Source: a virus
DNA: 64,000 nucleotides
Strand: one strand, 5' to 3'
IMG/VR virus record: IMGVR_UViG_3300033182_000371
Coordinates: 10,030 to 74,029 of that record
Within the stretch, counting starts at the first letter, position 1. Each line of letters starts with the position of its first letter. The notes beneath the pieces were generated by a model. That model was not told the origin of the DNA. It did not search any database and worked only from the letters and a program-made list of their open reading frames with translations. Below are positions 46,780 through 56,831 of the stretch, in pieces. Made by a program: the position numbers and the translations under genes.

Positions 46780-47831
46780 TACTCAACTTCACACGCTTTT
46801 GTGTATAAAGAACCGAACAGAGTTTTGATCTTTGATTTGTCGATCTCAACCTCTGCTTCTTCAATATATCTATTCAAGATAGAGATCGTGTTTTCTTCTT
46901 CACTGATTTCGGTTTCTTCGCTATGCAACCACCCTTGATTGTAATCAAAGTTCTCGATTACTTTTAGTTCCTCAACACCAACGGTATAGAGTTTATCGAC
47001 AAACTTCTCAAATTCTTTGGGTTTGGTTTTCTTACGAACGATTAACTTCACAATCTTTCCAGCATATTCTGCTGCATTGAACATCTGATGAGGGGTATCT
47101 TCGTAATAGATGTTATGGAACATGTGGTTGGGATTATCGACAGGAGTCAGTTCATAAGACTCAGTGTCAAAGATGTGGAATCCCCTAGGATCGTTTACAT
47201 CATTCCAATACAGTTCGTAAGGATTACCAAGGTAGAAAATTTGACCGTCGTTACTACGGGTGTGATAATGTCCACTAAACACACGATCAAACTTTCTCAA
47301 ATAGTCAACTTCATATCCACGATCTTGTGTGAATCCACGATAAGCAGCAAACCCATTCAGTTCAAGGTGACCAACAGCGACCTTTGCCTTACTCTTTTTA
47401 ATTGACTTCATGGTTTGCTCTTCATTCTCCTTGTTAATCCAAGCGATGAATGCAAACTTTGTACCACCAATTACATGTTCAGCATAGTCAGTGATAGGGA
47501 TGATATTATCATACTCTCGTAAAAGTAAATCAATTGTGTTAACTGAGTTGTTATTTTTGTAATAGGTTGTGTGATTACCCACAACAGTGTACACAGTGAT
47601 TCCCATATCACGGAGACGATTGTAGTAATTCTCTTTAGCCCATTTGAGAGACCAGAGATCAATGCTTCTCCGATTATCGAAAGTATCGCCCATATCGATA
47701 ACAGTTGTGATACCTTCTCGATTAAGCGTAGGAAAAAAAGTCCCATCGTAAAATTTTGCAAAATAGTCATGAAAGAGTTTGCTGCCCTTTCTTGCACCAA
47801 AATGCTGGTCAGTTATGATCCCGATCTTCAT
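46779..47831 (-). CDS. g47: Recombination endonuclease subunit, Mre11-like (gp47)
   Basis: TDQHFG, GDTFD, GNH, SGHYH. Confidence 0.97.
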   Translation of the reverse strand: MKIGIITDQHFGARKGSKLFHDYFAKFYDGTFFPTLNREGITTVIDMGDTFDNRRSIDLWSLKWAKENYYNRLRDMGITVYTVVGNHTTYYKNNNSVNTIDLLLREYDNIIPITDYAEHVIGGTKFAFIAWINKENEEQTMKSIKKSKAKVAVGHLELNGFAAYRGFTQDRGYEVDYLRKFDRVFSGHYHTRSNDGQIFYLGNPYELYWNDVNDPRGFHIFDTESYELTPVDNPNHMFHNIYYEDTPHQMFNAAEYAGKIVKLIVRKKTKPKEFEKFVDKLYTVGVEELKVIENFDYNQGWLHSEETEISEEENTISILNRYIEEAEVEIDKSKIKTLFGSLYTKACEVE

Positions 47832-47904
47832 CCTTTTCTTTTCCTTTTTCTAAATCACGAAGTCTTTTGCGCCAGTATTCATTTTCCTGTTGCTGTTCGG
47901 TCAT
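47809..47904 (-). CDS. 31-aa ORF bridging g55 and g47
   Basis: MTEQQQENEYWRKRLRDLE...; ATGA overlap with g55 stop. Confidence 0.35.
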   Translation of the reverse strand: MTEQQQENEYWRKRLRDLEKGKEKDEDRDHN

Positions 47905-48374
47905 CGACTTGTCCTGTATTGAATGTTGTCTTTGATCGTATTATAATCACTTGCTTGACCGTTTGCACCATCCTCAACAACCATCACTTGATCATAACCA
48001 GTTCTCTCAATGATCTTGGTTTTGATTTCTAATTGCTTCTTCTCCTTTTGAATCCTACGAAGGAATGCATAATAAATGATTTGGGTGAAATATGCAAACG
48101 GATTATTAGATTTTTCAGGATCAAAGTTATGTATATACTGAACGCAGTTCTCAATTCCGTCACCGATCATGTCCTCTCGGAACATGTAGTTCACGAAGTT
48201 CGGTTTGTATGAGAGGTGTGTTGCAATCTTTAAAAAACAATCACCCAAGTAATTACTGATCGGAGGAGGAGCAGTGCCATTTTCTTTCGCTCTCTTGCAC
48301 TTGATACGATACTCCACCATTGCATCTAGCAATTCTTTGTTATTTACATAGTGCTCCGATCTTTTCTTGGGCAT
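47901..48374 (-). CDS. g55: Late transcription sigma factor (gp55)
   Basis: HYVNNK, NFVNY, NPFAYFTQI. Confidence 0.96.
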   Translation of the reverse strand: MPKKRSEHYVNNKELLDAMVEYRIKCKRAKENGTAPPPISNYLGDCFLKIATHLSYKPNFVNYMFREDMIGDGIENCVQYIHNFDPEKSNNPFAYFTQIIYYAFLRRIQKEKKQLEIKTKIIERTGYDQVMVVEDGANGQASDYNTIKDNIQYRTSR

Positions 48375-48397
48375 GTTATGTGTTAATTCCTGTATAC

Positions 48398-48439
48398 ATT
48401 ATAGCACAGCTTGACAAAGGTGTCACTCATAAGTAGAAT
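48398..48439. promoter_or_regulatory. Overlapping divergent sigma70 promoters
   Basis: Minus: GTGACA-17-TATAAT to g55; plus: TTGACA-17-TAGAAT. Confidence 0.65.
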
Positions 48440-48488
48440 AACTTTGTCGAAGTTCAGAGAAACTATAGCTTAGCTTTAATCTTTAAGG

Positions 48489-48923
48489 TTATACATGAGT
48501 GGCAATGCCTGTTTTGGGATCTACTTCAAGTTTAAATAAAGATTCTAGTTTTTCTTTTGCTTTAGTAACACTTCCAAGATATCCCATTTTTTCTGAGGGT
48601 CTTACTTTTTTTCCACCAACAGATCTTATACCAGTTACTCTTTCCTCTGCTGCATCTAAAAGATACTCGGTATAGTAATCAATCATGTCATTGTCATTAG
48701 CAACTTCTGTCATTGTAATGACTTTATCCTTATCAATAAAGAAGAACTGATCATCTGGAACATGCATCCAAGGTTCAACTCTAATATAAGAACCTCTAGG
48801 TCCATGAACTGTTTGAATGCAAACTGGGTCTTGTAGAATTAATGTATGTTCTTCAGCTGAAGTAATTGCAAATAACTCTTCTCCAGAGACCAACTTAATA
48901 CTTGCGTAAAACTCTTCGGTCAT
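48489..48923 (-). CDS. Hypothetical protein (Sm-like fold suspected)
   Basis: IKLVSGEEL; synteny uvsW-g55. Confidence 0.75.
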   Translation of the reverse strand: MTEEFYASIKLVSGEELFAITSAEEHTLILQDPVCIQTVHGPRGSYIRVEPWMHVPDDQFFFIDKDKVITMTEVANDNDMIDYYTEYLLDAAEERVTGIRSVGGKKVRPSEKMGYLGSVTKAKEKLESLFKLEVDPKTGIATHV

Positions 48924-50389
48924 TCTTTTTTCCTCAGATTGATGGTTATCATGTCATAATGAAACTTCTCTTCGTTGTAAATTTTTATGCGTTCGATGAG
49001 ATGGTTCAATGTGTAATTTCTTTTTGATCTGTAGGTGCAGTCGTCTGCAATATCATATAAAGTTGCACTAAACTTGTTTGCACCTTTTCTGAGCACTCTC
49101 CCGATTGATTGCAGATTTCTTATCCTTGATTTTGAAGGAGAGGCAAAGATTACATTGTGTAAATTTTTGATGTTAATGCCTGTGGAAAATGTTCCGTAAG
49201 AGGCAACAATGATTGAATTTTTTTCGTTTTCGATAATGGAACGGGCTAGTTCTCTGTCCTCAACATCGACCCCTCCATGAATAAAGAAGACCTTTCGATC
49301 ACTCTCAATATTTTTATTTATTAAATCGAAAAGTACCCTTCCATGATCTTCCACTCTATTAAACAAAACGAGAGTATTCCCAGGAAGATCTATAGCAAGA
49401 TTTTTAATGAACTTATTCCTTTGCTCATGCTTAATCAGGTATTCAATTTCCTCTAGATAAGAATCAAATACTCTTTCATCATGTTTCAGCAAAAGGATCT
49501 TTGCGTTGAGTTTTGCAAGGTATCCCTTGTTCATTAATTCTTCTGTGCGGATCAGTTTGTAAGAAGGTCCAAACAATCCTTCCAGCACCCATTTGTGGGT
49601 TTGGGTTCCATCAAGAGTTCCAGTAAAACCAAAACGATATTTTGCTTGATGTAACTTCGTCATGATCTGTGTCAAAGACTTTGCTTTGAACAGGTGTGCT
49701 TCATCTCCAATGACTACATTGAATCTTTCGAAGTAATTTCTCTCTAACTTATAGATAGATTGCCAAGTAGTAATAACGACAGGTGATTTTGCCTCTCGTT
49801 CACGACCAGCGTAAATCTTGTGACAGTATGACTCAGCGTCCCATCCATAATCCTCAAAGTCCTTATACATCTGCTCTACCAGAGATGTCGTTGGAACAAC
49901 TAGGAGGATATTTTGTTTGCGCTCTGTATAGTACCTCACGATTGAGTAAATCATCAAAGATTTGCCAGAGGCTGTTGGGCTTATCACTAACCTTCTATTG
50001 TGTCTTAGAGCACCGTATACTCCCTCTATTTGATAGTCTCTTGGAGGATGATTGCTAATAGACTTCATGTAGTCTTTTACACCCTCACGAGAAATTAGTT
50101 CATTCTCTTCGTAAGGTGTTCCGTAGAACTTACTATCAATGAACTCATATTCATATCCATGCCTCTGACAGAAAGAGACAAGTTTATCCAAGAGACCAAC
50201 ATACAGTTCTCTGGTGTGAGTAGAAAACAGTCTGATCTTTCCATCCCAATATCTTTTACGATACTGGTTCATGTACTTTGCTCCTTCAATATCAAAGGAG
50301 AAGTGATCTGCTAGTTCCTGATAGACATGAGGTTCTGATTCAATTTTCAGATAGACCTCATTCTTCTTGGATATGACAAGTTTGCTCAT
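48920..50389 (-). CDS. uvsW: SF2 helicase UvsW
   Basis: PTASGKS, DEAH, QSIGRVLR. Confidence 0.96.
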   Translation of the reverse strand: MSKLVISKKNEVYLKIESEPHVYQELADHFSFDIEGAKYMNQYRKRYWDGKIRLFSTHTRELYVGLLDKLVSFCQRHGYEYEFIDSKFYGTPYEENELISREGVKDYMKSISNHPPRDYQIEGVYGALRHNRRLVISPTASGKSLMIYSIVRYYTERKQNILLVVPTTSLVEQMYKDFEDYGWDAESYCHKIYAGREREAKSPVVITTWQSIYKLERNYFERFNVVIGDEAHLFKAKSLTQIMTKLHQAKYRFGFTGTLDGTQTHKWVLEGLFGPSYKLIRTEELMNKGYLAKLNAKILLLKHDERVFDSYLEEIEYLIKHEQRNKFIKNLAIDLPGNTLVLFNRVEDHGRVLFDLINKNIESDRKVFFIHGGVDVEDRELARSIIENEKNSIIVASYGTFSTGINIKNLHNVIFASPSKSRIRNLQSIGRVLRKGANKFSATLYDIADDCTYRSKRNYTLNHLIERIKIYNEEKFHYDMITINLRKKE

Positions 50390-50391
50390 TA

Positions 50392-50817
50392 TTACCCCGC
50401 ACGGAAGTTGTGCCAGTCGATGATGTTCTTAATCAAATATCCTCTGGTGCTTACCTGTTTGATGATATCTTCCAGGTATGTCAGCATGACATCGTAATAT
50501 TTGATTTTTAAGGTAGCAGTTTGTACCTTCTCGTCTGCTGCCATATACCGTTGAACAGCATCCTTTTCCCTCACTTTGTAAGGAAAGGGATCGTTTACAT
50601 AAACTTCTGGATTTGCTTTTCCAGTGTAATAAAGGTGACGCTCTAATTTAATTTTATTCTCTGTTGCTACTGCTCTCTCCCGCAACAGTTTTATGTTATT
50701 GTAGAGGTCAAAATACTTTGCATGCAAAGAAGGGATCTTTGCGGATTCTTCGTGTAAATTGTCTTGATCAATCTGTGAGTCTTTCTCCCACATACTTTGT
50801 ATAGTTTCAAGATTCAT
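50392..50817 (-). CDS. uvsY: Recombination mediator UvsY
   Basis: IPSLHAKY, YYTGKA, IKNIIDW. Confidence 0.9.
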   Translation of the reverse strand: MNLETIQSMWEKDSQIDQDNLHEESAKIPSLHAKYFDLYNNIKLLRERAVATENKIKLERHLYYTGKANPEVYVNDPFPYKVREKDAVQRYMAADEKVQTATLKIKYYDVMLTYLEDIIKQVSTRGYLIKNIIDWHNFRAG

Positions 50818-50820
50818 AAA

Positions 50821-51351
50821 TTAAGTTTCCACTTCAATGGTATAGAACAGATACTTGAAAGATACTGTTGCTGTAAAGTATGTATAATCGCTTTCTGTAG
50901 CAGTAAATTCGAGAGAACTTAAAGAAATAGGATATAAATCTCTGAACTTTACACGAGCACTAACATTGAAATTGCTATTCAGAATAGCAAGAGTTCCATC
51001 ACTGAACTGCTCTTTGACATCTTTCTCTCCCTGAGCATTTCTAATCAACTCTTGAAATTCAGAAACACTTTCTGGATAACCCAATCCATAGATCCAGTTG
51101 TGAATCTCTAAGTAGTTTTCCAGGTTTTCATCCACAATAAACTGGAGAGTCAGATCTTCAAACTCGATGTTGTCTCCAGGGAGATCAATTGCTTTGAGAT
51201 AGTTTCCTACTTTGACATTTCCCAACTGAATACCAGGAATCTTGGCACTGTTGGAAAAGAAGTCAACCTTAGGTGTCTTTACGATATTAAATTTGAAACC
51301 AACAGGCGACAAGTAATTCTTGTTCGCTATCTGCTTTCCCAGAAAAGACAT
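50821..51351 (-). CDS. g3: Tail tube terminator (gp3)
   Basis: FIVDENLENY; synteny after g23. Confidence 0.85.
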   Translation of the reverse strand: MSFLGKQIANKNYLSPVGFKFNIVKTPKVDFFSNSAKIPGIQLGNVKVGNYLKAIDLPGDNIEFEDLTLQFIVDENLENYLEIHNWIYGLGYPESVSEFQELIRNAQGEKDVKEQFSDGTLAILNSNFNVSARVKFRDLYPISLSSLEFTATESDYTYFTATVSFKYLFYTIEVET

Positions 51352-51369
51352 TTTTATTTTTATTTAGAC

Positions 51370-51396
51370 AAAAAAAGGGGACCCTTTCGGGTCCCC
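51370..51396 (-). terminator. Rho-independent terminator after g23
   Basis: GGGGACCC-GAAA-GGGTCCCC-T7. Confidence 0.9.
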
Positions 51397-51426
51397 AACA
51401 CTTCCTTCACACGGAAGTCTATTATA

Positions 51427-52866
51427 TCACATGAGGTTCTTAACAACTGTACGCTGGTAGTAGCGGTTGCTGTTAGAGGTGATACGACCGAGACCCTGGT
51501 TCGAAACATTGCCTTCAGCGAAGGGGTTGGAGACAAGACCGTAGCGGGTCTTGAAGCCAATCTTGGGCTGGAAGCTGTTCTCACCGACGGCACGAACCAT
51601 CTGGAGGGGAACATAGGGGCAGTAGAAGAGACCAGCGTCATAGGGGCTGGTGCCCTTGTAACCGACAACATAGTACTGGTTAGAAGCACTGTTGGCAGAG
51701 AAGGGATCGATGTAGACTCTGTACTTGCCGTTGATGGTTCCAGCGAAGGTGTTACCAGTGTCGTCAACTTGCAGGTTGGCGTTCAGGGCAGGGGTGTAAT
51801 CGAGTACACCAGCCATGGTCAGAGCGGAGGCGACATCAGCAGAGGTCATGATGATGTTGCCCTTCCCTCTACGAGTTCTCTGGGCGATTCTGTTAGCATC
51901 TCTTTCGATGTTAAACAGCAGACCCTTGAACTTCTCAACGCTCCAGCGACCGTTGGAGTCAACATCGAGGTCGAAGAAACCAGCGTTGGCAACATTGACC
52001 TGAGAACCAGCTTCAGCGGTCTTGTAGATGGTTCTGATGACTTCGCGGTTGATCTCAGCAAGGATCTCGCTAGACAGAATGTTAGCGAGTTCTGCTTCAG
52101 CGTTCAGACCGTGGATGGCACGCAGGTCCTGAGCCAGCTCCATGCTGTACTCAGCTTTCAGAGCACGAGACTTGGCGGTAACGGTGACCTTCTCGATCGA
52201 GAATGCCATCTCGTTGAAGTTGGTGCCGTTGCCGTCACCCAGAGCTTCAGAGTCGCCAGTAGCCATACCCTGACCAACGCTGTACTGAGCTTGAACAGCA
52301 TCAGAAGCGGTGCCTTCCAGGATACCAGGGTTGGTGCCACGCTGAGTAGCGGTAGAACCAAAACCAACAGCCAGACCATCATCGGTGGCAGCGGTGTAGT
52401 CGCCTTGGGTGGAGGTGCCACCAGCGACATTGGCGGAGAATGCAGAATCGGGCTCGTCGAAGAATGCCTCGGTGCCAGACTGGTTGGTGTAGCGGGAGCG
52501 CATTGCGAAGATCAGTCCAGTAGGACCGTTCATCGGTTGAACGCCAGCCAGTTCATAAGCAACCAGATTCGGCATAGAGCGACGAATCAGGGAGATCAGA
52601 ACGGGGTCGAAACCAGCGGTAGGACCAGCAGCAGTAGAACCACCACCGAAAGCACCAGAAGCGCCAGCGGCGTTACCAGAGTTGGTGGGAGCTTCGGTCA
52701 GCATCGAGGTGCCGCTTTCGAAAGCAGCTTGCTCACGCAGGAAACGCTCTTGGTTTTCCAGGAGAACAGCGGTAGTAGCACGACGGTGAGAGTCCTTAAT
52801 AGGATCTACACCCTCGGCATCGAGAAGGGGAGACCACTTCTCAATTAATTGTTGTGCGTTGTACAT
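51427..52866 (-). CDS. g23: Major capsid protein (gp23)
   Basis: GVQPMNGPTGLIFAMR, EINREV, FYCPYVPL, GFKTRYG. Confidence 0.98.
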   Translation of the reverse strand: MYNAQQLIEKWSPLLDAEGVDPIKDSHRRATTAVLLENQERFLREQAAFESGTSMLTEAPTNSGNAAGASGAFGGGSTAAGPTAGFDPVLISLIRRSMPNLVAYELAGVQPMNGPTGLIFAMRSRYTNQSGTEAFFDEPDSAFSANVAGGTSTQGDYTAATDDGLAVGFGSTATQRGTNPGILEGTASDAVQAQYSVGQGMATGDSEALGDGNGTNFNEMAFSIEKVTVTAKSRALKAEYSMELAQDLRAIHGLNAEAELANILSSEILAEINREVIRTIYKTAEAGSQVNVANAGFFDLDVDSNGRWSVEKFKGLLFNIERDANRIAQRTRRGKGNIIMTSADVASALTMAGVLDYTPALNANLQVDDTGNTFAGTINGKYRVYIDPFSANSASNQYYVVGYKGTSPYDAGLFYCPYVPLQMVRAVGENSFQPKIGFKTRYGLVSNPFAEGNVSNQGLGRITSNSNRYYQRTVVKNLM

Positions 52867-52900
52867 TGTTTTGGGAAATTGTGTTAAATTTGGGACTTGT

Positions 52901-53953
52901 TTACTTCATTCCAAGGGCTTTCAAATAAGATGCCATCGAAGAGGTTGCTTCGACGCCAGTCTCTGAGGTTACGCCCTCAGACAGTGTTTCCACTTTATTA
53001 GAAGACTGCTTTTGCTCGCTGGGGAAATAAGATTCTCTCAGCGTAACCAGCTTCTCACGATAAGATTCTTCACCCTCAAACTCAACACCTTCAGACAAAG
53101 CGTACAGTTTCTCTCTTTGTGTTACAGCAAGACCTTCGGTTACTTCACGGAAAATTCCATCAGCTGTAGTTTCACCGAGTCTCTTGTTGAGAGAGATGTT
53201 AGCTTCAATCTGTTCGTCAAGTCTGGCTTCCATTTCATCAAGTTTGGAGACCATGCTCTCCAGGACATCATATTTATCGTCAGGGATAGAAACATAATGA
53301 TCTTCAAAAAGACTCTTCATTCCTTGCAGGAACGATTCGGTCATTTCGGTCTTCAGACCGTGCTCAACTTCGATCTTGTTCTCGGAGACCCACTCTTCGG
53401 AAACATACTCAAGGTATGCATCGACGCGCTCTACGAGTTCTGCCTTAACAGACTCAAGATGCTCGGTCAGTTGAGATTCGTACTCAGCAGCCATTGCTTC
53501 TTGAACTTCCGTTACCTTAGCGGCAACAACAGCCTCGAAGATGGTGCGAGCCTTTTCTTGGAATTCTTCGGAGAGTTCTTCGCCACCAAACAGAGCAGCA
53601 AGATCTTCTTCGATGTCAACAGCGGGAGTCTCTTCGACTTCCTGCTCAGCAACGACTTCCTGAGTCTCTTCGACTTCAGGCTCGTCGCCTTGCTTCAGAA
53701 CTTCAGTGCCAATCGACTGCATAGCGTCAGCTTTGCCAGCGCCACGGTTGACAACATCTCTAACGGTTTTGACTTTGGGTTCTGCGAGCTTAGCGGACTC
53801 GTTATCGGGCTTATAGTTCTCGGGGGTAGGACCACCGAGATCTTGTACAGCCGCAAGACCAGTTCCAGGATCAGCCAATGTAGGCATTCCTTCGCCAGCT
53901 TTCGCACCCCTTGTTACAGGATTTTCCATTTCTTGTAATTCCTTAGCGGACAT
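52901..53953 (-). CDS. g22: Prohead core scaffold protein (gp22)
   Basis: Acidic coiled coil, YLEYVSEEW; synteny; TATAAATA upstream. Confidence 0.9.
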   Translation of the reverse strand: MSAKELQEMENPVTRGAKAGEGMPTLADPGTGLAAVQDLGGPTPENYKPDNESAKLAEPKVKTVRDVVNRGAGKADAMQSIGTEVLKQGDEPEVEETQEVVAEQEVEETPAVDIEEDLAALFGGEELSEEFQEKARTIFEAVVAAKVTEVQEAMAAEYESQLTEHLESVKAELVERVDAYLEYVSEEWVSENKIEVEHGLKTEMTESFLQGMKSLFEDHYVSIPDDKYDVLESMVSKLDEMEARLDEQIEANISLNKRLGETTADGIFREVTEGLAVTQREKLYALSEGVEFEGEESYREKLVTLRESYFPSEQKQSSNKVETLSEGVTSETGVEATSSMASYLKALGMK

Positions 53954-54003
53954 TAGTGAACTCTCCGAATAAATCGTTGATATAAACTATATTTATTTAT
54001 AAA

Positions 54004-54654
54004 TTAGAGGCTTGAAAGGAACTTATTGAACAGTGCCAACTTGTTCTCTTCAAGAGCTCTTTGATCTACAAGGGTATTAATTTGCTTGTAAGTCTTTTCT
54101 ACGAGTCTTTCTCTAACGATTCCGCCTTCCATAACCCAGTCCTTTCCTTCCATGATTCCTTCAACGAATGCGTCAGGAGCGGAGGGATCTGCTACAATGT
54201 CAGCAGCAGTAGCGAGCATAAAGTCATCAGAGACGATCTTTACACCTTCGTTATTTACACTCAAAGTACCAAGACCACGAGAAGAAACTCCGAGTTTTAC
54301 TCCATCTTCAACTAAGGCAGCAGCAATCTTACCCATCGGAGTAGATAAAATCTTTGCCTTACCGATGAAGTTGCTACCACTCTCTCTGAGAGAAATAATT
54401 TTGTGAGACACTCTATCGAGGTTAAGAGTAGGTCCATCAGGATGTCCGAGTTCACCAAGAGCTCTGCCTTTATTGACAAAGTTTTCGTTGTAACGAGTTA
54501 CTTCTCTGCGAAGAGTTTCCATGGGATACATCCGACCATTACGGTTCTTGATGTCTCCTTGCAGGAATACACCTTCAATAAACATCGACTTCTTACCGTT
54601 GCGTTCTTCAACGATAAGTTCGACCTGTTCGATTTCTTCCGTGATCAGTTTCAT
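54004..54654 (-). CDS. g21: Prohead protease (gp21)
   Basis: NRNGRMY, GELGHP, GVSSRG, DPSAP. Confidence 0.96.
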   Translation of the reverse strand: MKLITEEIEQVELIVEERNGKKSMFIEGVFLQGDIKNRNGRMYPMETLRREVTRYNENFVNKGRALGELGHPDGPTLNLDRVSHKIISLRESGSNFIGKAKILSTPMGKIAAALVEDGVKLGVSSRGLGTLSVNNEGVKIVSDDFMLATAADIVADPSAPDAFVEGIMEGKDWVMEGGIVRERLVEKTYKQINTLVDQRALEENKLALFNKFLSSL

Positions 54655-54658
54655 TTGA

Positions 54659-54925
54659 TTAACCTGTGAATCCTACTTTGGCTACTTTAAGTGCTCCTCC
54701 AACACCATAGATAAGGTCAGAGGATTTCTTCTCGATCAACTCAGATGTGTTGTTGAGCATGGTGATAGAACCAATGCCTGTAAAGGAAGAATCCTGCACA
54801 TGAAGAACAACGGTACTACCAGAGTCATTCAGAACTCTGACAACAGTAGCGTTGCCTACGGAAGTACTATTACCAATGCCAGCTGCCAGTGGAGTTTCCG
54901 CAGCGAGAATTAAAGTTCTCGACAT
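54659..54925 (-). CDS. Hypothetical protein
   Basis: Between g20 and g21. Confidence 0.7.
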   Translation of the reverse strand: MSRTLILAAETPLAAGIGNSTSVGNATVVRVLNDSGSTVVLHVQDSSFTGIGSITMLNNTSELIEKKSSDLIYGVGGALKVAKVGFTG

Positions 54926-55089
54926 TATTCTTCCTCAGTTGAATCTGGTGTACCAAAAAGACTCGCTGCTGCACCAGGACGCATTGCATCTACTTTTGTA
55001 GCAGCTCTTGTATAAAGAAGGTCTTTAATTTGATCGCTGATATCAACTGCAGACGAATCCGTCGCAATCATATTAATTAGTTCTTCCAT
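54925..55089 (-). CDS. Small prohead core protein (gp67-like position)
   Basis: Manual translation MEELINMIATD...KDLLY..A; TAAATA upstream. Confidence 0.65.
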   Translation of the reverse strand: MEELINMIATDSSAVDISDQIKDLLYTRAATKVDAMRPGAAASLFGTPDSTEEE

Positions 55090-55119
55090 TGATATAAATC
55101 AGAGGTATAAACTTATTTA

Positions 55120-56796
55120 TCAGATCTCCCCTTCTGATGCCTTGGGTTGCTTAGGTGCCGCCGCAGGTGCAGGTGCAGGTTGTTCCTGTTGTGCATTAGG
55201 ATCTTGACCTTGCATCATAGGATCCGCAGCAGACATTGCTTCCATTTCAAGCATTTGTTGATTAGGATCAGGGATAACTCCCCTTGCAATTTCGTCCTCA
55301 ATTTGCGCATCAATTTCAACAATTTCTTGATCTCTTTGACGCAGAACTTGGCGTCTTACATACTCGGTAGAGTAGTAACGACCAACATAAGGTTCGACTT
55401 GCATCAGGAGAGCTAAGCGACCCTCAAGCAATTCTTTATCCTTAAGTTCTGCAAAGTGGTTATCATATAAGAAGTCGAACTGAATGTGCTCGGACATTAC
55501 TTCCCAATCCTGGGGAGTAACAATATTCTTCAGAAGAAGTTGTGTCTTGAGCATATCCAAGAACATTGCACTGAAACGCTTACGCAGACGACCAACAAAC
55601 TTACTAAATTTGAGTTCGTCGCGTAAGATTTCAGAAGATCTGCCTAGGTTGAATCCATCGCCAGAACCAGCGATTCTGGATTCGGGCACTGCTAGGGATC
55701 TATAGAGTTTTTTCTGGAAGTACTCAATGTCTGCCAGTTCTCCGAGGTTTTGCCCGCCAGGGAGGGTAGAGATTTCTGTACCGCGCCCTCCCTCGCGGCG
55801 AGGAAGCCAGAAGTCTTCCAACATACTCATCATCTTTTTGTCGTCACGAATCTCACCGCTGTTGGAATCATAGACCAACTTATTACGGTAACGCATCATG
55901 ACTTCACGAAGGTATTGTTCCGCTTTTACCTTCGGAAGATTGCCAACATCAATATAGAAAATACGACGCTCAGGTGCGCGAGACAATCTGTAAATTACCA
56001 GAGAGTCCTCAATCATACGAAGTTGATTGAGTGCCTTAATTGCTTTATGCAGATAAGAAAGACCTGTGCCTTTATTTCTATCTACAAGTCCAGAGGTGCA
56101 ATAAGTGATCGAATCTTTAGCGATCTTTACACCTTTCATTGCTGCACCTGCTCCAGGTGCATTCATGTTTGTAGGATATTGAGGTTTCGGAGTATACAAG
56201 AAATATTCTTCGATTTCAGGGAAATATACTCTCTGTTCCTCGTGAACATTCCTGTTATTAAACAAGTCCGATCTATCATCTTTCTTCTTTTCTTTGCGGA
56301 TGTACCGCATTTTGAGAGGATCAATATATCTCAGTTCTTGCAATCCTGCCGTAGGATTCTGGATATCAATTACTTTGTTGTAGTAAAGTTTACCATCAAC
56401 ATACCAATTCCTAAAAATTTCATGCGACTTTGTATCAAAGTCAAGAAGATCTTTAATGTGCTTGAACTCTTTGCGAATAATGTCCTTAATTCCATCACTA
56501 GCGTTTAAGTTTTCCAAATCGATCTCTACGGGAGAATCGTTCTGGTCAGAAACGATAGCTTCGTTAACAACATCTTCGATGGCATTATCCACTTCTGGGT
56601 GAAGTGCCATTTCTCTATATTTTCTGATGAGTTCGTGTTCAGTTTTGTAGATACCTTCAATATCTACAACCTGACTAGAAAATCCGCCCTGAATATAATA
56701 GTCAACCCCGTCCTCACCAGTAGTGGGAACGGGGGAAACTACACCCTTAGGGTTCTTTTCATTATCCTCAATAGAAAATCCGAAGAGTTTCGCCAT
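55120..56796 (-). CDS. g20: Portal protein (gp20)
   Basis: RAPERRIFYIDVGNLPK, EDFWLPRREGGRGTEI. Confidence 0.98.
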   Translation of the reverse strand: MAKLFGFSIEDNEKNPKGVVSPVPTTGEDGVDYYIQGGFSSQVVDIEGIYKTEHELIRKYREMALHPEVDNAIEDVVNEAIVSDQNDSPVEIDLENLNASDGIKDIIRKEFKHIKDLLDFDTKSHEIFRNWYVDGKLYYNKVIDIQNPTAGLQELRYIDPLKMRYIRKEKKKDDRSDLFNNRNVHEEQRVYFPEIEEYFLYTPKPQYPTNMNAPGAGAAMKGVKIAKDSITYCTSGLVDRNKGTGLSYLHKAIKALNQLRMIEDSLVIYRLSRAPERRIFYIDVGNLPKVKAEQYLREVMMRYRNKLVYDSNSGEIRDDKKMMSMLEDFWLPRREGGRGTEISTLPGGQNLGELADIEYFQKKLYRSLAVPESRIAGSGDGFNLGRSSEILRDELKFSKFVGRLRKRFSAMFLDMLKTQLLLKNIVTPQDWEVMSEHIQFDFLYDNHFAELKDKELLEGRLALLMQVEPYVGRYYSTEYVRRQVLRQRDQEIVEIDAQIEDEIARGVIPDPNQQMLEMEAMSAADPMMQGQDPNAQQEQPAPAPAAAPKQPKASEGEI

Positions 56797-56831
56797 TTTA
56801 ATAGGGTGTCTTTGATATCAAAGACTATTTA

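Noticed and set aside
51360-51767. 135-aa minus-strand ORF
   Set aside because: Alternative frame of the g23 3' end running through its terminator
51769-52848. Long plus-strand ORFs (also 3139-4134, 13287-14072, 53012-53938, 57400-58218, 59038-59841)
   Set aside because: They are antisense shadows of well-supported genes, explained by codon bias, and carry no recognisable motifs
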